From a virus (Duplodnaviria > Caudoviricetes), in IMG/VR virus record IMGVR_UViG_3300044800_000405, positions 1 to 50,456 of that record: a DNA stretch of 50,456 nt. One strand, written 5' to 3'. This document shows, in pieces, positions 26,541-36,751 of this stretch. A program made the position numbers and the translations under genes. Under the pieces are notes generated by a model. It made no database searches. It was not told where the DNA came from and worked only from the letters and a program-made list of their open reading frames with translations. How positions within the stretch are numbered: position 1 is the stretch's first letter; each line of letters opens with the position of its first letter.

Positions 26541-27566
26541 ATGTTGCTCACTTACGGCGCTCTCAAATCCTCGCGCGTTTTGCAAATCGCGTCCGCGCCG
26601 CCCTCCAGTCCAGAATTCGCCTCGCTGGTCAACGCCGCCATCCGCCAGTTGATGACTCGTGGCAACTGGTTTGGCACCGTCCAGCCCCTGGAGGGTTGCG
26701 TGACCGATTCCTGTATTGTCTGGCCCCGTTACGTCGCCACTCCCCTGGCCATCAATATCTGTGGCCGGCCCACGGAACTGGCTAACCGCTGGTATCGTTT
26801 CCTCCCCTGGGACCCGTCCCACGTCGCCGCTGCCTGTAATTATTTCCAGCACGGCCAGGGGGGCGCCCTCACGGCAGAAATGGACGGCTCCCTGCCCGTG
26901 TTCAACCCCATCGCCTGTCTCGCCGGCATGTACCTGCAATTTTATATTGATAACATCGCCGATGTCGGCAGCACCATTACCATTTTTGGCATAGATTCCA
27001 ACGGCCAGGTTATTCGCACCACACATGCCGATGGCACCTTTCAGGAAGGCGTCGAACTCGCTTTGGCCGTCCCCTACGTTCAAACCCCCATGCTCATCCG
27101 CAAAGTTACCCGCGTGCTTAAAGATGTCACGCTGGGCATGGTGCGCGGCTATCAGTGGGATGGCACTTCCATGAACGGCGCCCTGCCGCTCCTGTTGGAC
27201 CTCTGCGCTTATTCGCCCGCTGAGACTTCCCCGGATTACCTGCACAGCCGGCTTCACGGCTACCGGCCCCACTCCGCGGGTTGCGCCTTCACCCGCGTCA
27301 CCGCCCTGGTCAAGCTCGGCTTCGTCCCCGTGGTGAATGATGACGACCTCGTGTTGATCGAGAATACGGATGCCATTCGGGACATGGTCCAGGCCATCAA
27401 GAAAAAAGAGGCGGGCGATGTCTCCGGCGCCGCCGCCGCCGAACTGTCCGCCTTTCGTGAACTCAACTATCAAATGCGCGACCGTTTCCCCATCGAGCAA
27501 CTCACCACCACCTTCCGCCCCTTCGGCGCCGCCAGCCTGGGCCGTGTCACCGCCGGCTTTATGTAG
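26541..27566 (+). CDS. Putative head-tail adaptor / tail tubular A-like protein
   Basis: VNAAIRQL N-terminal helix, helical C-terminus, position in tail module. Confidence 0.5.
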   Translation: MLLTYGALKSSRVLQIASAPPSSPEFASLVNAAIRQLMTRGNWFGTVQPLEGCVTDSCIVWPRYVATPLAINICGRPTELANRWYRFLPWDPSHVAAACNYFQHGQGGALTAEMDGSLPVFNPIACLAGMYLQFYIDNIADVGSTITIFGIDSNGQVIRTTHADGTFQEGVELALAVPYVQTPMLIRKVTRVLKDVTLGMVRGYQWDGTSMNGALPLLLDLCAYSPAETSPDYLHSRLHGYRPHSAGCAFTRVTALVKLGFVPVVNDDDLVLIENTDAIRDMVQAIKKKEAGDVSGAAAAELSAFRELNYQMRDRFPIEQLTTTFRPFGAASLGRVTAGFM

Positions 27567-27577
27567 CCCTATCTCTC

Positions 27578-28177
27578 ATGGCTCCCATTACCCCCATCAA
27601 AACTACGCCGCCGGGTGTCGAGCCTTCCCGTGAGGAAGCCCGCGCTCAGTTCGACCATTGGACCCGCGCCCTTGGCCTCAAACACACTTTCTCCTTTGAC
27701 GAAATGTATAGCATCGGCCTGGAACTCCGCCGCCGTAAAGATTACCGGGCCAAGGTCACTGACTTTGAGGACCGCATCCGGCAGATAGATGGCGCGCTGG
27801 TGGGCAACTGTTTTCCCCTCGTCCACAAATTTGCAGATGGCCTCTACATCCGCCAGATCACCGTCCCGGCCCAGACGCTCACCGTCACCAAAATTCACGC
27901 CCAAACCCATCCCTTTTTCATTCTCCGGGGCACCGTTTCCATTCTCACCGAGGCCGGCGTGGCCCGGCACACTGCGCCCTATTCGGGCATCACCCAGGCC
28001 GGCACCAAGCGGGTCATCTGGCACCATGACGAAGTCGTGTTAACCACCGTCCACCGCACCGACAACACCGACATCGCCAAAATCGAGGCCGAGGTAACTG
28101 CCGCCGATTTCAACGCCCTGCCTGATTCTTTGGACCAGGCCAGAATTCTTGAATTTGTAAACTCCATCCAAGGTTAA
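27578..28177 (+). CDS. Cupin-like conserved phage protein
   Basis: HKFADGLYIRQI.VPA......KIH...H......G...GTKR.......TTVH motif, common next to podovirus ejection genes. Confidence 0.7.
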   Translation: MAPITPIKTTPPGVEPSREEARAQFDHWTRALGLKHTFSFDEMYSIGLELRRRKDYRAKVTDFEDRIRQIDGALVGNCFPLVHKFADGLYIRQITVPAQTLTVTKIHAQTHPFFILRGTVSILTEAGVARHTAPYSGITQAGTKRVIWHHDEVVLTTVHRTDNTDIAKIEAEVTAADFNALPDSLDQARILEFVNSIQG

Positions 28178-28179
28178 TT

Positions 28180-28953
28180 ATGTCTTTTATCGCTACTGCA
28201 CTTATTGGCGGCATCGGTTTGGCTGGTGTGGGAGCCGGCGGCTACTTCGGTTCTCAAGGCGCCGGCAGCAAGCCCAATTACAGCAATGTCCGGGACCCCT
28301 ACCAGCAGATGAAGCACCTGGTCCCCGGCCTGCCCACCATGACCAGCACCGCCGCTTCCAACATCCAGAACGAATTGTCCGGCAATCTGCCGTCCGATGT
28401 TACGGCTGATATTCGCAATGCCGGCGCCGCCTGGGGTGTGTCCAGCGGCATGCCCGGCAGCGGGGCGTCAATGGATGTCACCCTGCAAAGCCTCGGCCTC
28501 AGTTCCTTGTCGGAAGAACAGCAAGGCATGGGCAACTACCTGAACTTCCTCACCGGCGTTGGCTCTCAGCTAATGCCCATTAGCGAGCAAATGGGCGTGG
28601 CCAATGCCGCCGCCGCGCCCAACCCCCAAGACCAGTATCTTTCCAGTTTGTTCGGCAGTCTTGGGGGGCTTGCGCTTGGCGGTGTTGGTGGCGGGGGCGG
28701 GCTGGGCGGGGGTTTATCTAGTTTATTGGGTGGCGGCACGGGGGCCAGTTCCACGGGCGCCCAGGTGGATTCCGGCTCCTACGAAAATTGGAGCAACCCC
28801 AGCTCCATCTCCGTCCCGGCTGATGCTGGCACTTCCTCTGCCTTTGGCACCCCGGATCAGGACAGCGCCCTCATGGATTTTCTTTACGGTGGCGAAGGCG
28901 GTTCGGGTGGCGCTCTCACCGGCAGTCTGTTTGCTGATTCCTCCAACCAATAA
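28180..28953 (+). CDS. Putative DNA ejection / pilot protein
   Basis: Hydrophobic Gly/Ala-rich N-terminus, G/S/A-rich body. Confidence 0.6.
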   Translation: MSFIATALIGGIGLAGVGAGGYFGSQGAGSKPNYSNVRDPYQQMKHLVPGLPTMTSTAASNIQNELSGNLPSDVTADIRNAGAAWGVSSGMPGSGASMDVTLQSLGLSSLSEEQQGMGNYLNFLTGVGSQLMPISEQMGVANAAAAPNPQDQYLSSLFGSLGGLALGGVGGGGGLGGGLSSLLGGGTGASSTGAQVDSGSYENWSNPSSISVPADAGTSSAFGTPDQDSALMDFLYGGEGGSGGALTGSLFADSSNQ

Positions 28954-28957
28954 TTTT

Positions 28958-29734
28958 ATGGCTGAACTCCCTCCCTGGCTCGATATTAAACCAAACGAAT
29001 CGGTCAATTCCATGCTGGCCGGGTACAAGCTGGGCCTGGAAGAGCGCGAAGGCAACCAGCGTATGGCCCTGGCCAAACAAAAACTGGGCGCCTACGAGCG
29101 GAAATCCTCGTTGGATGCCCAGGTCAAACGCGAGCAAATCCTGTCCAATTTCCAGCGCGAGCAAACCCAGGCCGCCGTCGCCGACGCCTATCACAAGTCC
29201 ATGACCGGCCTGGCCAAACAGCGCCTCGATTTCGAGTATCAAAACAAACAGCGTGAGTTTCAAGCCAAGGCCGCGGAAATTTCCGATACCGTGGGTTACG
29301 CCAACGCCGTCGCCAACGGCACGCCCCCCATGCAAGCCCGCGCGCAATTTCCCCTGGCCAAAGTCCCCGGCACCGAAGACAAGCCGGCCACCTCTCCCAC
29401 AGAAACCGTCACTGAACGTTTTCCTGCCGTTGAAGGCAAACCGGCGGATGTAACCCCGGCTTACACCCGTGGCTGGTATAATCCGGCCCGGTGGGTGGAA
29501 GGTAAAAATGCCCCTGCCGTGACCAACGCCCCGGCCATTGAAGGCCATCCAGCTTATTCCGTCTCTCAAAAAATTCCTGCGAATGTTTCCCCAGCACAAG
29601 CATTCCGCGCGGTGGGTCCCGGAACCAATGCCGTTCCCGGCACAGGAGCCTCCGCGCCCAAAATCATCCGGGACAAAAACGGCAAATTCATTCTGGCCAA
29701 TCAGGCTGCCGAAGATGAAGCCGTTGAACCTTAG
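28958..29734 (+). CDS. Putative internal virion / ejection protein
   Basis: ATG at 28958; Q/A-rich helical N-half; lies between pilot and giant ORF. Confidence 0.5.
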   Translation: MAELPPWLDIKPNESVNSMLAGYKLGLEEREGNQRMALAKQKLGAYERKSSLDAQVKREQILSNFQREQTQAAVADAYHKSMTGLAKQRLDFEYQNKQREFQAKAAEISDTVGYANAVANGTPPMQARAQFPLAKVPGTEDKPATSPTETVTERFPAVEGKPADVTPAYTRGWYNPARWVEGKNAPAVTNAPAIEGHPAYSVSQKIPANVSPAQAFRAVGPGTNAVPGTGASAPKIIRDKNGKFILANQAAEDEAVEP

Positions 29735-29740
29735 AAAGCC

Positions 29741-32700
29741 ATGCTGGTACAAGTTCCAGAAGTCGGCCAGTTGGATTTCCCGGATGATGCCAAACCGGAC
29801 GAAATCCTCTCCTTCCTCAACGAGAAGTATCCCAAATCTGCCGCCCCCGCCCCGCCCGCCGAAACTCTTAGCGAGTGGAAACCTGGCGTTGCCGACCGCC
29901 TGAAAATGGGTCTGGGCGAATTGGCGCAAACCACCCCCTACCGCACCGCCGCCCAAATTCCCGGACTCATCAAAAAAGAAACCGGCGAGCTGGGAGAATT
30001 TACCAAAGCCCTTTTCGGTAGAAACGAACAACGCCCCCTGCCTCCCTCACCGCTGGCCGGCACCCGCTTTGCGCCGGAAAATGTCCCTTCGGGCGCGGAA
30101 CTTTCGCGCGATACCGGCCTGCCGTCCGCCGTCACCGAGACCGCCAGCGCCGTGGATAAAATCGTGGCCGGTCTGGCCCAGTTTATCACCTCGCCGCAAG
30201 GCGCGGTGCAAATGGCCACTTATGGCGTCCCCGTGCTCAAGCTGCCCATGGCCGCCAAATGGATTTCAGACATGGTCAAAGGCGGCTACCTGAACATCAA
30301 AGACGCCGTTGATGCCTTCCAGAAGGGCGACACCCAGCGTTTGCGCGACAACATCATTGGGGCCACCGCCAATTTTGTCGGCGCCCTTGGCGTTGGTGGT
30401 GGAGAAATTAAAAGCCTGAAAGATTATTTCAACCGCCTCGACTCGCCACAAACCGTCACCCCGCCCGCGTCCCGCGAAGCGCCCGCGCCCATGACCGCGC
30501 GAGACGCCACTGTTCCGCCCGTCAATTTGTCTCCCGTGCTGGCCGGCGCCGGTTTGCCGCCGGTTCAAGGCCCGCCCGCGCGTGGTGATGTTTTACCCAT
30601 GCCGCAAGGCGCTCAACCACCCCTTTTGAATCCAGAACAGCGCGCACGAGTAGCGGCTAAATTAAAAGCCGCTTGGGCAGAACGGGAAACTCCCGCGCCC
30701 AAAATTCCACTCTCACCAGAAGCCGCCGCAAAAGGTGAAACCTCCATTGAATCACCCTTGCCCTCTCAGGTATCTCCCGAATTATCTGCCGCTCTTTTGG
30801 CTGACGGGTTCAAACCAGAAGTGGCGAATTGGACAGATGAAGATTTTGCAAAAGCCGGCTGGCCTGCTGCCTTTAAATTAAGAGTCAAAAAAATCATAGC
30901 TCAACATCAAGGAGAACCAAATGCCCAAACAATACGAGGAAATACGGGACAGCTACCTCCGCCGGGGCAAGTCCCCCCAGCAAGCCAAGAAACTGGCGGC
31001 CATGACGTGGAACGCCCGGCACCCGTCCAACCCCAACCCCTGGACCCACGAGAAACAAAAGCCGGTCAAGTACCACTGACGCCGCTCGACCAGATTAAAA
31101 AAATCTCGGCCATGTCCGGCCCGGATTTTGTCCAGCACATCCGCGACCAGAATAACCCGCAAGCCCTCACCCAAAACGCCTACGATTTGGGATTGAGCCT
31201 CACCACCCCCGAAGAATTGGCCGCCCTCAAAAAAGCCCAAGCCGACAATCAAGCCGCCCTTAACGCAGCGGATAAAGCCGGCGATAAAGAGTTGGCAAAC
31301 AATCTGGCATGGAAGGGCCACCTGTTTGGCGAAGCCATCGGGGCCGCCACTGGCACCGGCAGCGCCGGGCGTTATCTCCAACAAGCTGATCCGAATTACA
31401 AGGCGCGCTTCCCGGATGAACCCACCGTTCCGGCCATGTTGACCGGAGAACCTATCCAACAGACGGCGGAAGGCGCCTGGTATCAAGACAAGGCAACCGG
31501 CATTAAATTTCTTGAGACCGATCTGGACCCCAAAACCCTCTCGCTCTCGCCGGACGTGCCCAATTTCAAACGCGGGGCCAGCACCGAGACTGGGGAGGTC
31601 CCCGGCCAGGAATTGCAGGGGGCCTACACCCGCATCAACACCGGGCGCGCGATGGTCTATGAACGGCTAAACGGAACCAGGGAGGTCATCACCGGGCGCC
31701 ATCGCTGGCAGCTTGCCTTGCGTACCAATGCGGACCTTCCCGTGCAACTCGTGCGCGAGGCGGACGGCTTTACCAAGGAACAAGCTTTGGTGATGGACGC
31801 CGAGGCCAACATCAAGGATAATCAAGGAGACGTATTTGACTATGCCCACTACTTCCGTGAAACCAAAGAAGCTTACACCGAAGAAACGGCGAGACGACGC
31901 GGCCTACTCCGCCTTGCTCCGGGGCGTCACGGCTGGGCACTTGGCAAAAACGCCGGTCCTGATCTCTATGCCCTCTGGCGAGACAATAAAATCGCCACCG
32001 AAAAAGCCGTTGCCATAGCCCGTGCCGCTCCTGGCAATGCCGACCTGCAAGCCTTGGGCATCAAGCAGGCGTTCAAGGGCGGCTCCCCGTCCGAGATTGA
32101 GAACTTCATCAAGGCCGTCCAATCGCAGACCGGCGGTGGCGCGTCTGAGCAGGTTGACCTTTTTGGCAGCCTCGAAGCTGGCGAGAAATTTCAGTCCAGC
32201 CCAACGGGTTCCAGTGAAGTGCTGGGCAACTTTTCCAAACTCAAAGACGCCCGCGCCCTCGCGCAAAAAACCGGCGGCAGCGTCAAGGGGTATTTGAATG
32301 GCAAATACAAACGCGGCTGGGTCGTCAGCAAATTCGTTGAACCACCAGAAGTCGCCGCGCCGGCTTCCCCCTCTCCTGGGGGAGAGGGCCGGGGTGAGGG
32401 CGGTCAACCCCCCGCCGCCCCCGGCGAACTTCTCCCCGCCGCCGAGCAACCCTTCAACCTGGTCGGTGAGAAAACGAAATTCGTTGAACCAAAGACCGAG
32501 CAAACCGCCTTCGGTGGCGAGACCCTTACTCAAAACGAACTGTTCGCCATTCAAGACGTGGTTCAGAGCAAGGACCCGCAAAAATCCGCCGATGTCATGC
32601 AAAAACGATTCGGCGCAGCCCAAGCGGTTAAGATTTTGGAGAACCAGCTCGCCGTCATGGCCAAGGACCCCAAATCGTACAAGGGTTACACCAAACCCCA

Positions 32701-35700
32701 GCGCGCCATGCTCCAAAACGTCATGGCCCTGCTCCGCCAGCGGGCGGAGAACGAAATGCCCCCCGGCCCCGGCGCGCTCACCGCCAAACCTTCCAGCCGG
32801 CCTGACGTGCCCGAAGCCTTCGAGGGCACCGCCCTTAAAAATGCCGTGGGCGAACTCGAACGCGCCGGCCTGGGCCTGCCAGACGCCACCCCCACACAGC
32901 AGCGCAAAATGGCCACTGCCTGGATCAATTCCGGCGAGACTCTTTCCCAAAATCCAGAAGCCGCCCGCCAGTTGGCCGACCTCTTGAAATGGAACCCGGA
33001 CATGGGCCTTACTGATGACCAGTCCGCTCTTGTGTTGCGCCACAAGGTTGCCCTCGGCAATTCCCTAAACGACGCCGCCGAGCGCACCAACCGCGCCGCT
33101 TCGCCCGAAGACCGCGCCGTGGCCCAGGCCGAGTACGCCCAACTCAGCAATGAATTTACCGAATTGTTGGACGCCATCAAACAGCGCGGCAGCGAGTGGG
33201 GCCGTGAAGGCCGCTGGCGCCAGGCCATCGCGTTTGAAGATTACTCCTTCGCCACTCAGGAACGCCTCTTGCGCGCCGCCAAAGGCGGTCAGCCTCTCAC
33301 CGATGCCGAACGCACCGACCTGCTTTCAAAAGTCGAGCAGTACAAAAAACTCGCTGCCGATGCCCAGGCTGAACTCACCCGGCTCAAGGAACAAAAAACC
33401 GCCACCGGCATAGATGAGATCATTACGGATGCCCGCAAGGAAGTCGCCGGGTCCAAACGCGCGGGCGTCAAGCGTGATATTGGCGCGGAACGCAACCGCC
33501 TCGTCAAGGGCATCAAAGAACGGCTGGACGAAGGCGAGGATATTGCCGACCTTGGCTCCTGGATTCAAAAGCTCGCCCGCAATTTTGTCGCCCAAGGCAT
33601 TGTCACCCGCGACCCCTTGCTGGATGCCGTCCATGAAGTTGTCTCAGAATTGGTCCCGGACTTTTCCCGGCGAGACACCATGGATGCCATTTCCGGCTAT
33701 GGCGATTTCAAGCAGCTTTCCAAGGATGAAATCAGCGTCAAACTCCGCGACCTCAATGGCCAGATGCAGCAGGTGGCCAAGCTTGATGACATCATGGCCA
33801 AACAGCCGCCCCTCAAAACCGGCCTGGAACGCCGCGCCCCCAGTGATGAAGAACGCCGTCTCATCAAACTTGTCAACGAGGCCAAGCGCCGCTTCGGCAT
33901 TGTCATTACAGACCCTGCTACGCAGTTGCGTTCCGCCCTTGATGCCCGCAAGACCTATTACCGCAACCAGATTGCCGACCTCGAAGCGCAGATCGCCCGG
34001 CGTGAGAAATTCATCAAAACGCGCACGCCTTCCCCCACTGATGCCGAATTGGAAAAATTGAAGGCCCGGCGCGATGAAGTTAAAAAGGAATTCGACACCA
34101 TCTTTCAAAAGCCCGGCCTTACAGATGCCGAGCGTTTGGGTTTGATGGAAAAATCCGTTGACCGCCAGATTGCCGAGCTTGAGCGCCAATTTAAGACTGG
34201 CGAGATTTTCCCCGCCGGCAAAAAACCCTCCACTCTTACCAGTCCCGCGTTGCGGTCCAAGCGCGCCGCGTTGGACGCGCTCAAGGAGCAACGCAAATAT
34301 CTGCGCGAGTCCTTGCAGCCCGGCCCAGAATTTGACCCCTTGGCCACCCTCAAAAAACGCCTCGATTCCCGCATCAAAGAATACGAGCGCCGGATGGCTG
34401 ATGGCGATTTCTCCCGCCGCGCCGCCAAACCCGTGCCCGCGTTGGATGAGGCCGCCACGCAAAAATCCGCCCGGCTCGCGCGCCTTAAAAAATCCTTTGC
34501 GGATGCCCGCCGCATTGCGGAGGCCAGTCAGCGCAACTTTGGCGAGCGTGTCCGGGATTGGGTTTCGCGCCTTCGCCGCGAGTTTCTTTTGTCCTCGCTC
34601 ACGTCCATTGCCAAGCTCAGTGCGGCAGCCATGGAAGGCATTGTGTTTGAGTCCGTCAAGGAACTGCCCGCCCGCGCCGTCGCCGCCATTTTTCCCAAGT
34701 TCGCTGAACGGCTGGAAACACAGATGCCTGCCAGTTTCCGCATGGTTGGCAAATCCCTGGCCGCCGCCTTTATGAAGTCCGCGCGCGACTCCGCGCAGAC
34801 CTTCAAGACCGGCTCGCCAGATTTTGAAATGGCCTATGGCGACCGCAAATCTGTGCCGCCCGAAATGCAGGTCTTCATGGGCCGCATTCACGCCATGCTC
34901 AAAACGCCGCTCAAGCGGTTTGGGTTTGAGAAGACCTACGCCAAAATCGCCGCCCGCTATCACGCCCAGGGCTTGGATGTCACCGACCCCCTCGTGCAAA
35001 CCCGCATCGGCACCCTTGCGCTCAAGGAGGCCAATCGCTACCTCTTTTTGGAAGACAACCGGGTGACGGACGCCTATCAGCGGTTCATGTCCCGCTTTTA
35101 CCAGGCGGATAAACTTACCGGCAAACCCACCCCGGCAGACATTGCCGCCGGCACCGCCATGCGGGTGGCCCTGCCCATTGTTAAAATTCCCACCAACCTG
35201 GTCGCCCGCACCTTTCAAGCCGCGTTCGGTCTGGAAGTTGGCGGTCTTCGTCTCGCCCGTGCTTACGCCAAAGGCATCGAATCGCTGCCGGGGGAACAGG
35301 CAGATGCCATCATGCGCCAAATCAAGCAGGGTTCCTTGGGCACCGCCCTTTTGCTGGTCGGTTATTTTAACCCAGATGTCGTTGGCGGTTACTATCAGCC
35401 GCGCGAGAAACGCCGCCCCGGCGAACCCGGCCCTGGCGAGATTCTGGTCTATGGCCACGCCATTCCCACCTACTGGTTGCATCATCCCTTGCTAGAAGTG
35501 GTACAGTTGGGTGCCACCATCCGGCGCGTGTCCGATTCCAAACTTCGCAAGCGTGATTTGCAAACCCAGGGCATCACCAACGGCATGAAAGCTGGGTTGT
35601 TCGGTTTACTGGATGAAACCCCGATGGCCCGTGAAATTTTCGATCTCGACAAACTGCATGAACCTGGCGGTCCCGGCCAATACATCAATGCTTACGCCGC

Positions 35701-35869
35701 CAGCCTCACCACCCCGCAACTCGTTTCCTGGCTCGCCCAGCGTTTTGATATTGACCCGCGCACCGGCAAACCCGTCAAACGCGCCCCGCAAAATTTGACC
35801 CAGGCGGTGGAAATGGGCATCCCCGGCCTTCGCCAGAATGTCCCGCTCAAGAAGAAGACGGCCCCCTGA
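29741..35869 (+). CDS. Large (2042 aa) ejection / polyvalent protein with ParB-like domain
   Basis: MLVQVPEVGQLDFPDD..PDEI start, EVITGRHRWQLA ParB-like motif, long coiled coils. Confidence 0.65.
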   Translation: MLVQVPEVGQLDFPDDAKPDEILSFLNEKYPKSAAPAPPAETLSEWKPGVADRLKMGLGELAQTTPYRTAAQIPGLIKKETGELGEFTKALFGRNEQRPLPPSPLAGTRFAPENVPSGAELSRDTGLPSAVTETASAVDKIVAGLAQFITSPQGAVQMATYGVPVLKLPMAAKWISDMVKGGYLNIKDAVDAFQKGDTQRLRDNIIGATANFVGALGVGGGEIKSLKDYFNRLDSPQTVTPPASREAPAPMTARDATVPPVNLSPVLAGAGLPPVQGPPARGDVLPMPQGAQPPLLNPEQRARVAAKLKAAWAERETPAPKIPLSPEAAAKGETSIESPLPSQVSPELSAALLADGFKPEVANWTDEDFAKAGWPAAFKLRVKKIIAQHQGEPNAQTIRGNTGQLPPPGQVPPASQETGGHDVERPAPVQPQPLDPRETKAGQVPLTPLDQIKKISAMSGPDFVQHIRDQNNPQALTQNAYDLGLSLTTPEELAALKKAQADNQAALNAADKAGDKELANNLAWKGHLFGEAIGAATGTGSAGRYLQQADPNYKARFPDEPTVPAMLTGEPIQQTAEGAWYQDKATGIKFLETDLDPKTLSLSPDVPNFKRGASTETGEVPGQELQGAYTRINTGRAMVYERLNGTREVITGRHRWQLALRTNADLPVQLVREADGFTKEQALVMDAEANIKDNQGDVFDYAHYFRETKEAYTEETARRRGLLRLAPGRHGWALGKNAGPDLYALWRDNKIATEKAVAIARAAPGNADLQALGIKQAFKGGSPSEIENFIKAVQSQTGGGASEQVDLFGSLEAGEKFQSSPTGSSEVLGNFSKLKDARALAQKTGGSVKGYLNGKYKRGWVVSKFVEPPEVAAPASPSPGGEGRGEGGQPPAAPGELLPAAEQPFNLVGEKTKFVEPKTEQTAFGGETLTQNELFAIQDVVQSKDPQKSADVMQKRFGAAQAVKILENQLAVMAKDPKSYKGYTKPQRAMLQNVMALLRQRAENEMPPGPGALTAKPSSRPDVPEAFEGTALKNAVGELERAGLGLPDATPTQQRKMATAWINSGETLSQNPEAARQLADLLKWNPDMGLTDDQSALVLRHKVALGNSLNDAAERTNRAASPEDRAVAQAEYAQLSNEFTELLDAIKQRGSEWGREGRWRQAIAFEDYSFATQERLLRAAKGGQPLTDAERTDLLSKVEQYKKLAADAQAELTRLKEQKTATGIDEIITDARKEVAGSKRAGVKRDIGAERNRLVKGIKERLDEGEDIADLGSWIQKLARNFVAQGIVTRDPLLDAVHEVVSELVPDFSRRDTMDAISGYGDFKQLSKDEISVKLRDLNGQMQQVAKLDDIMAKQPPLKTGLERRAPSDEERRLIKLVNEAKRRFGIVITDPATQLRSALDARKTYYRNQIADLEAQIARREKFIKTRTPSPTDAELEKLKARRDEVKKEFDTIFQKPGLTDAERLGLMEKSVDRQIAELERQFKTGEIFPAGKKPSTLTSPALRSKRAALDALKEQRKYLRESLQPGPEFDPLATLKKRLDSRIKEYERRMADGDFSRRAAKPVPALDEAATQKSARLARLKKSFADARRIAEASQRNFGERVRDWVSRLRREFLLSSLTSIAKLSAAAMEGIVFESVKELPARAVAAIFPKFAERLETQMPASFRMVGKSLAAAFMKSARDSAQTFKTGSPDFEMAYGDRKSVPPEMQVFMGRIHAMLKTPLKRFGFEKTYAKIAARYHAQGLDVTDPLVQTRIGTLALKEANRYLFLEDNRVTDAYQRFMSRFYQADKLTGKPTPADIAAGTAMRVALPIVKIPTNLVARTFQAAFGLEVGGLRLARAYAKGIESLPGEQADAIMRQIKQGSLGTALLLVGYFNPDVVGGYYQPREKRRPGEPGPGEILVYGHAIPTYWLHHPLLEVVQLGATIRRVSDSKLRKRDLQTQGITNGMKAGLFGLLDETPMAREIFDLDKLHEPGGPGQYINAYAASLTTPQLVSWLAQRFDIDPRTGKPVKRAPQNLTQAVEMGIPGLRQNVPLKKKTAP

Positions 35870-36065
35870 GTAATCCGGCCCGGTCCATCAACCACGCGGT
35901 TAACAGGGGACAGCCAAACCAGCGCGCTATACCACAGCCTTCACTGTTCAAGAGCAGGTAATAATCATGCCCGCCCTGCGTCAACAACCAGAGCACCAGC
36001 TTGAACAATTCGTCCCATCCGAACATCAACACCAGCACCAGCAAAAACCAATAGCGTTGTTTCAT
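35847..36065 (-). CDS. Small membrane protein (moron-like)
   Basis: MKQRYWFLLVLVLMFGW...; coupled to upstream minus ORF. Confidence 0.5.
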   Translation of the reverse strand: MKQRYWFLLVLVLMFGWDELFKLVLWLLTQGGHDYYLLLNSEGCGIARWFGCPLLTAWLMDRAGLLRGPSSS

Positions 36066-36421
36066 GGTGCTTCCTCCTTGGATTGTCCCGGTGCCAATGT
36101 TTTGTCCGCGATGTTCCTGAGCGATTTCCATAACAAAAAAACGACCATAGGAACTACACGATTAAATGTTTCTTGTGTCTCGCACAATGTTTCCAGTTTC
36201 TTGCGATTGATGGCCGTAAAATACGGGCGCCGCACAATGAAAATGCCTTTTGGAGATGAGAACCAGCCGGCGGACATGCCCGGCGCAAATCGGTTGAGCC
36301 ATTCTTCGTCTTTGTAAGTTGAGGAAAAATCTTTGGAGAGGACTTCTTGGAGTCCTATTTTTTCCACCATCAATTTCCAGTCTGCAACAGAGCAAGACTC
36401 GGGAATAATCGGCATTTGCAT
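36062..36421 (-). CDS. Hypothetical protein, lower GC (moron-like)
   Basis: 119 aa with its own promoter immediately upstream. Confidence 0.6.
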   Translation of the reverse strand: MQMPIIPESCSVADWKLMVEKIGLQEVLSKDFSSTYKDEEWLNRFAPGMSAGWFSSPKGIFIVRRPYFTAINRKKLETLCETQETFNRVVPMVVFLLWKSLRNIADKTLAPGQSKEEAP

Positions 36422-36427
36422 AATTCA

Positions 36428-36456
36428 ATTGTGCCTTCTCTTGCTGGTGGTGTCAC
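36428..36456 (-). promoter_or_regulatory. Promoter with CCACCAGC motif, leaderless start at 36421
   Basis: Minus strand GTGACA-CCACCAGCAAGAGAAGG (17 nt)-CACAAT. Confidence 0.65.
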
Positions 36457-36751
36457 CCCAAAAGTTTTCCCCGTTTTACCCTCTTGACAGTTCTATAATC
36501 CAACGGGACGTTGCCTTGTCCGCAATTTGGTCCTTGGGCAAGACCCGCCAGCAGTCGCGGCACTGCTAGTCCTTCGGTCGCAGCTAGGACGGCTGCTTTA
36601 GCGCCCGTCAACGCGGGCAAGACTCCGCAGGTTCCTGCCAGTCATGGGTTGGCTTCCATAAAGTCGTAAGTCTCGGTGTCGTTTTGTGCGGCGCACGAGC
36701 AATTGTCGGCGGTTGTAATACCGCCGGGAAAAATTTGTCCGTTACGATTTT

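Noticed and set aside
24769-35485. Long minus-strand ORFs (482, 371, 379, 613 aa)
   Set aside because: Antisense shadows of GC-rich plus-strand genes with no recognisable motifs
36332-36342. 11-nt match TTTGGAGAGGA to spacer 7
   Set aside because: Matches this short are expected by chance in 50 kb
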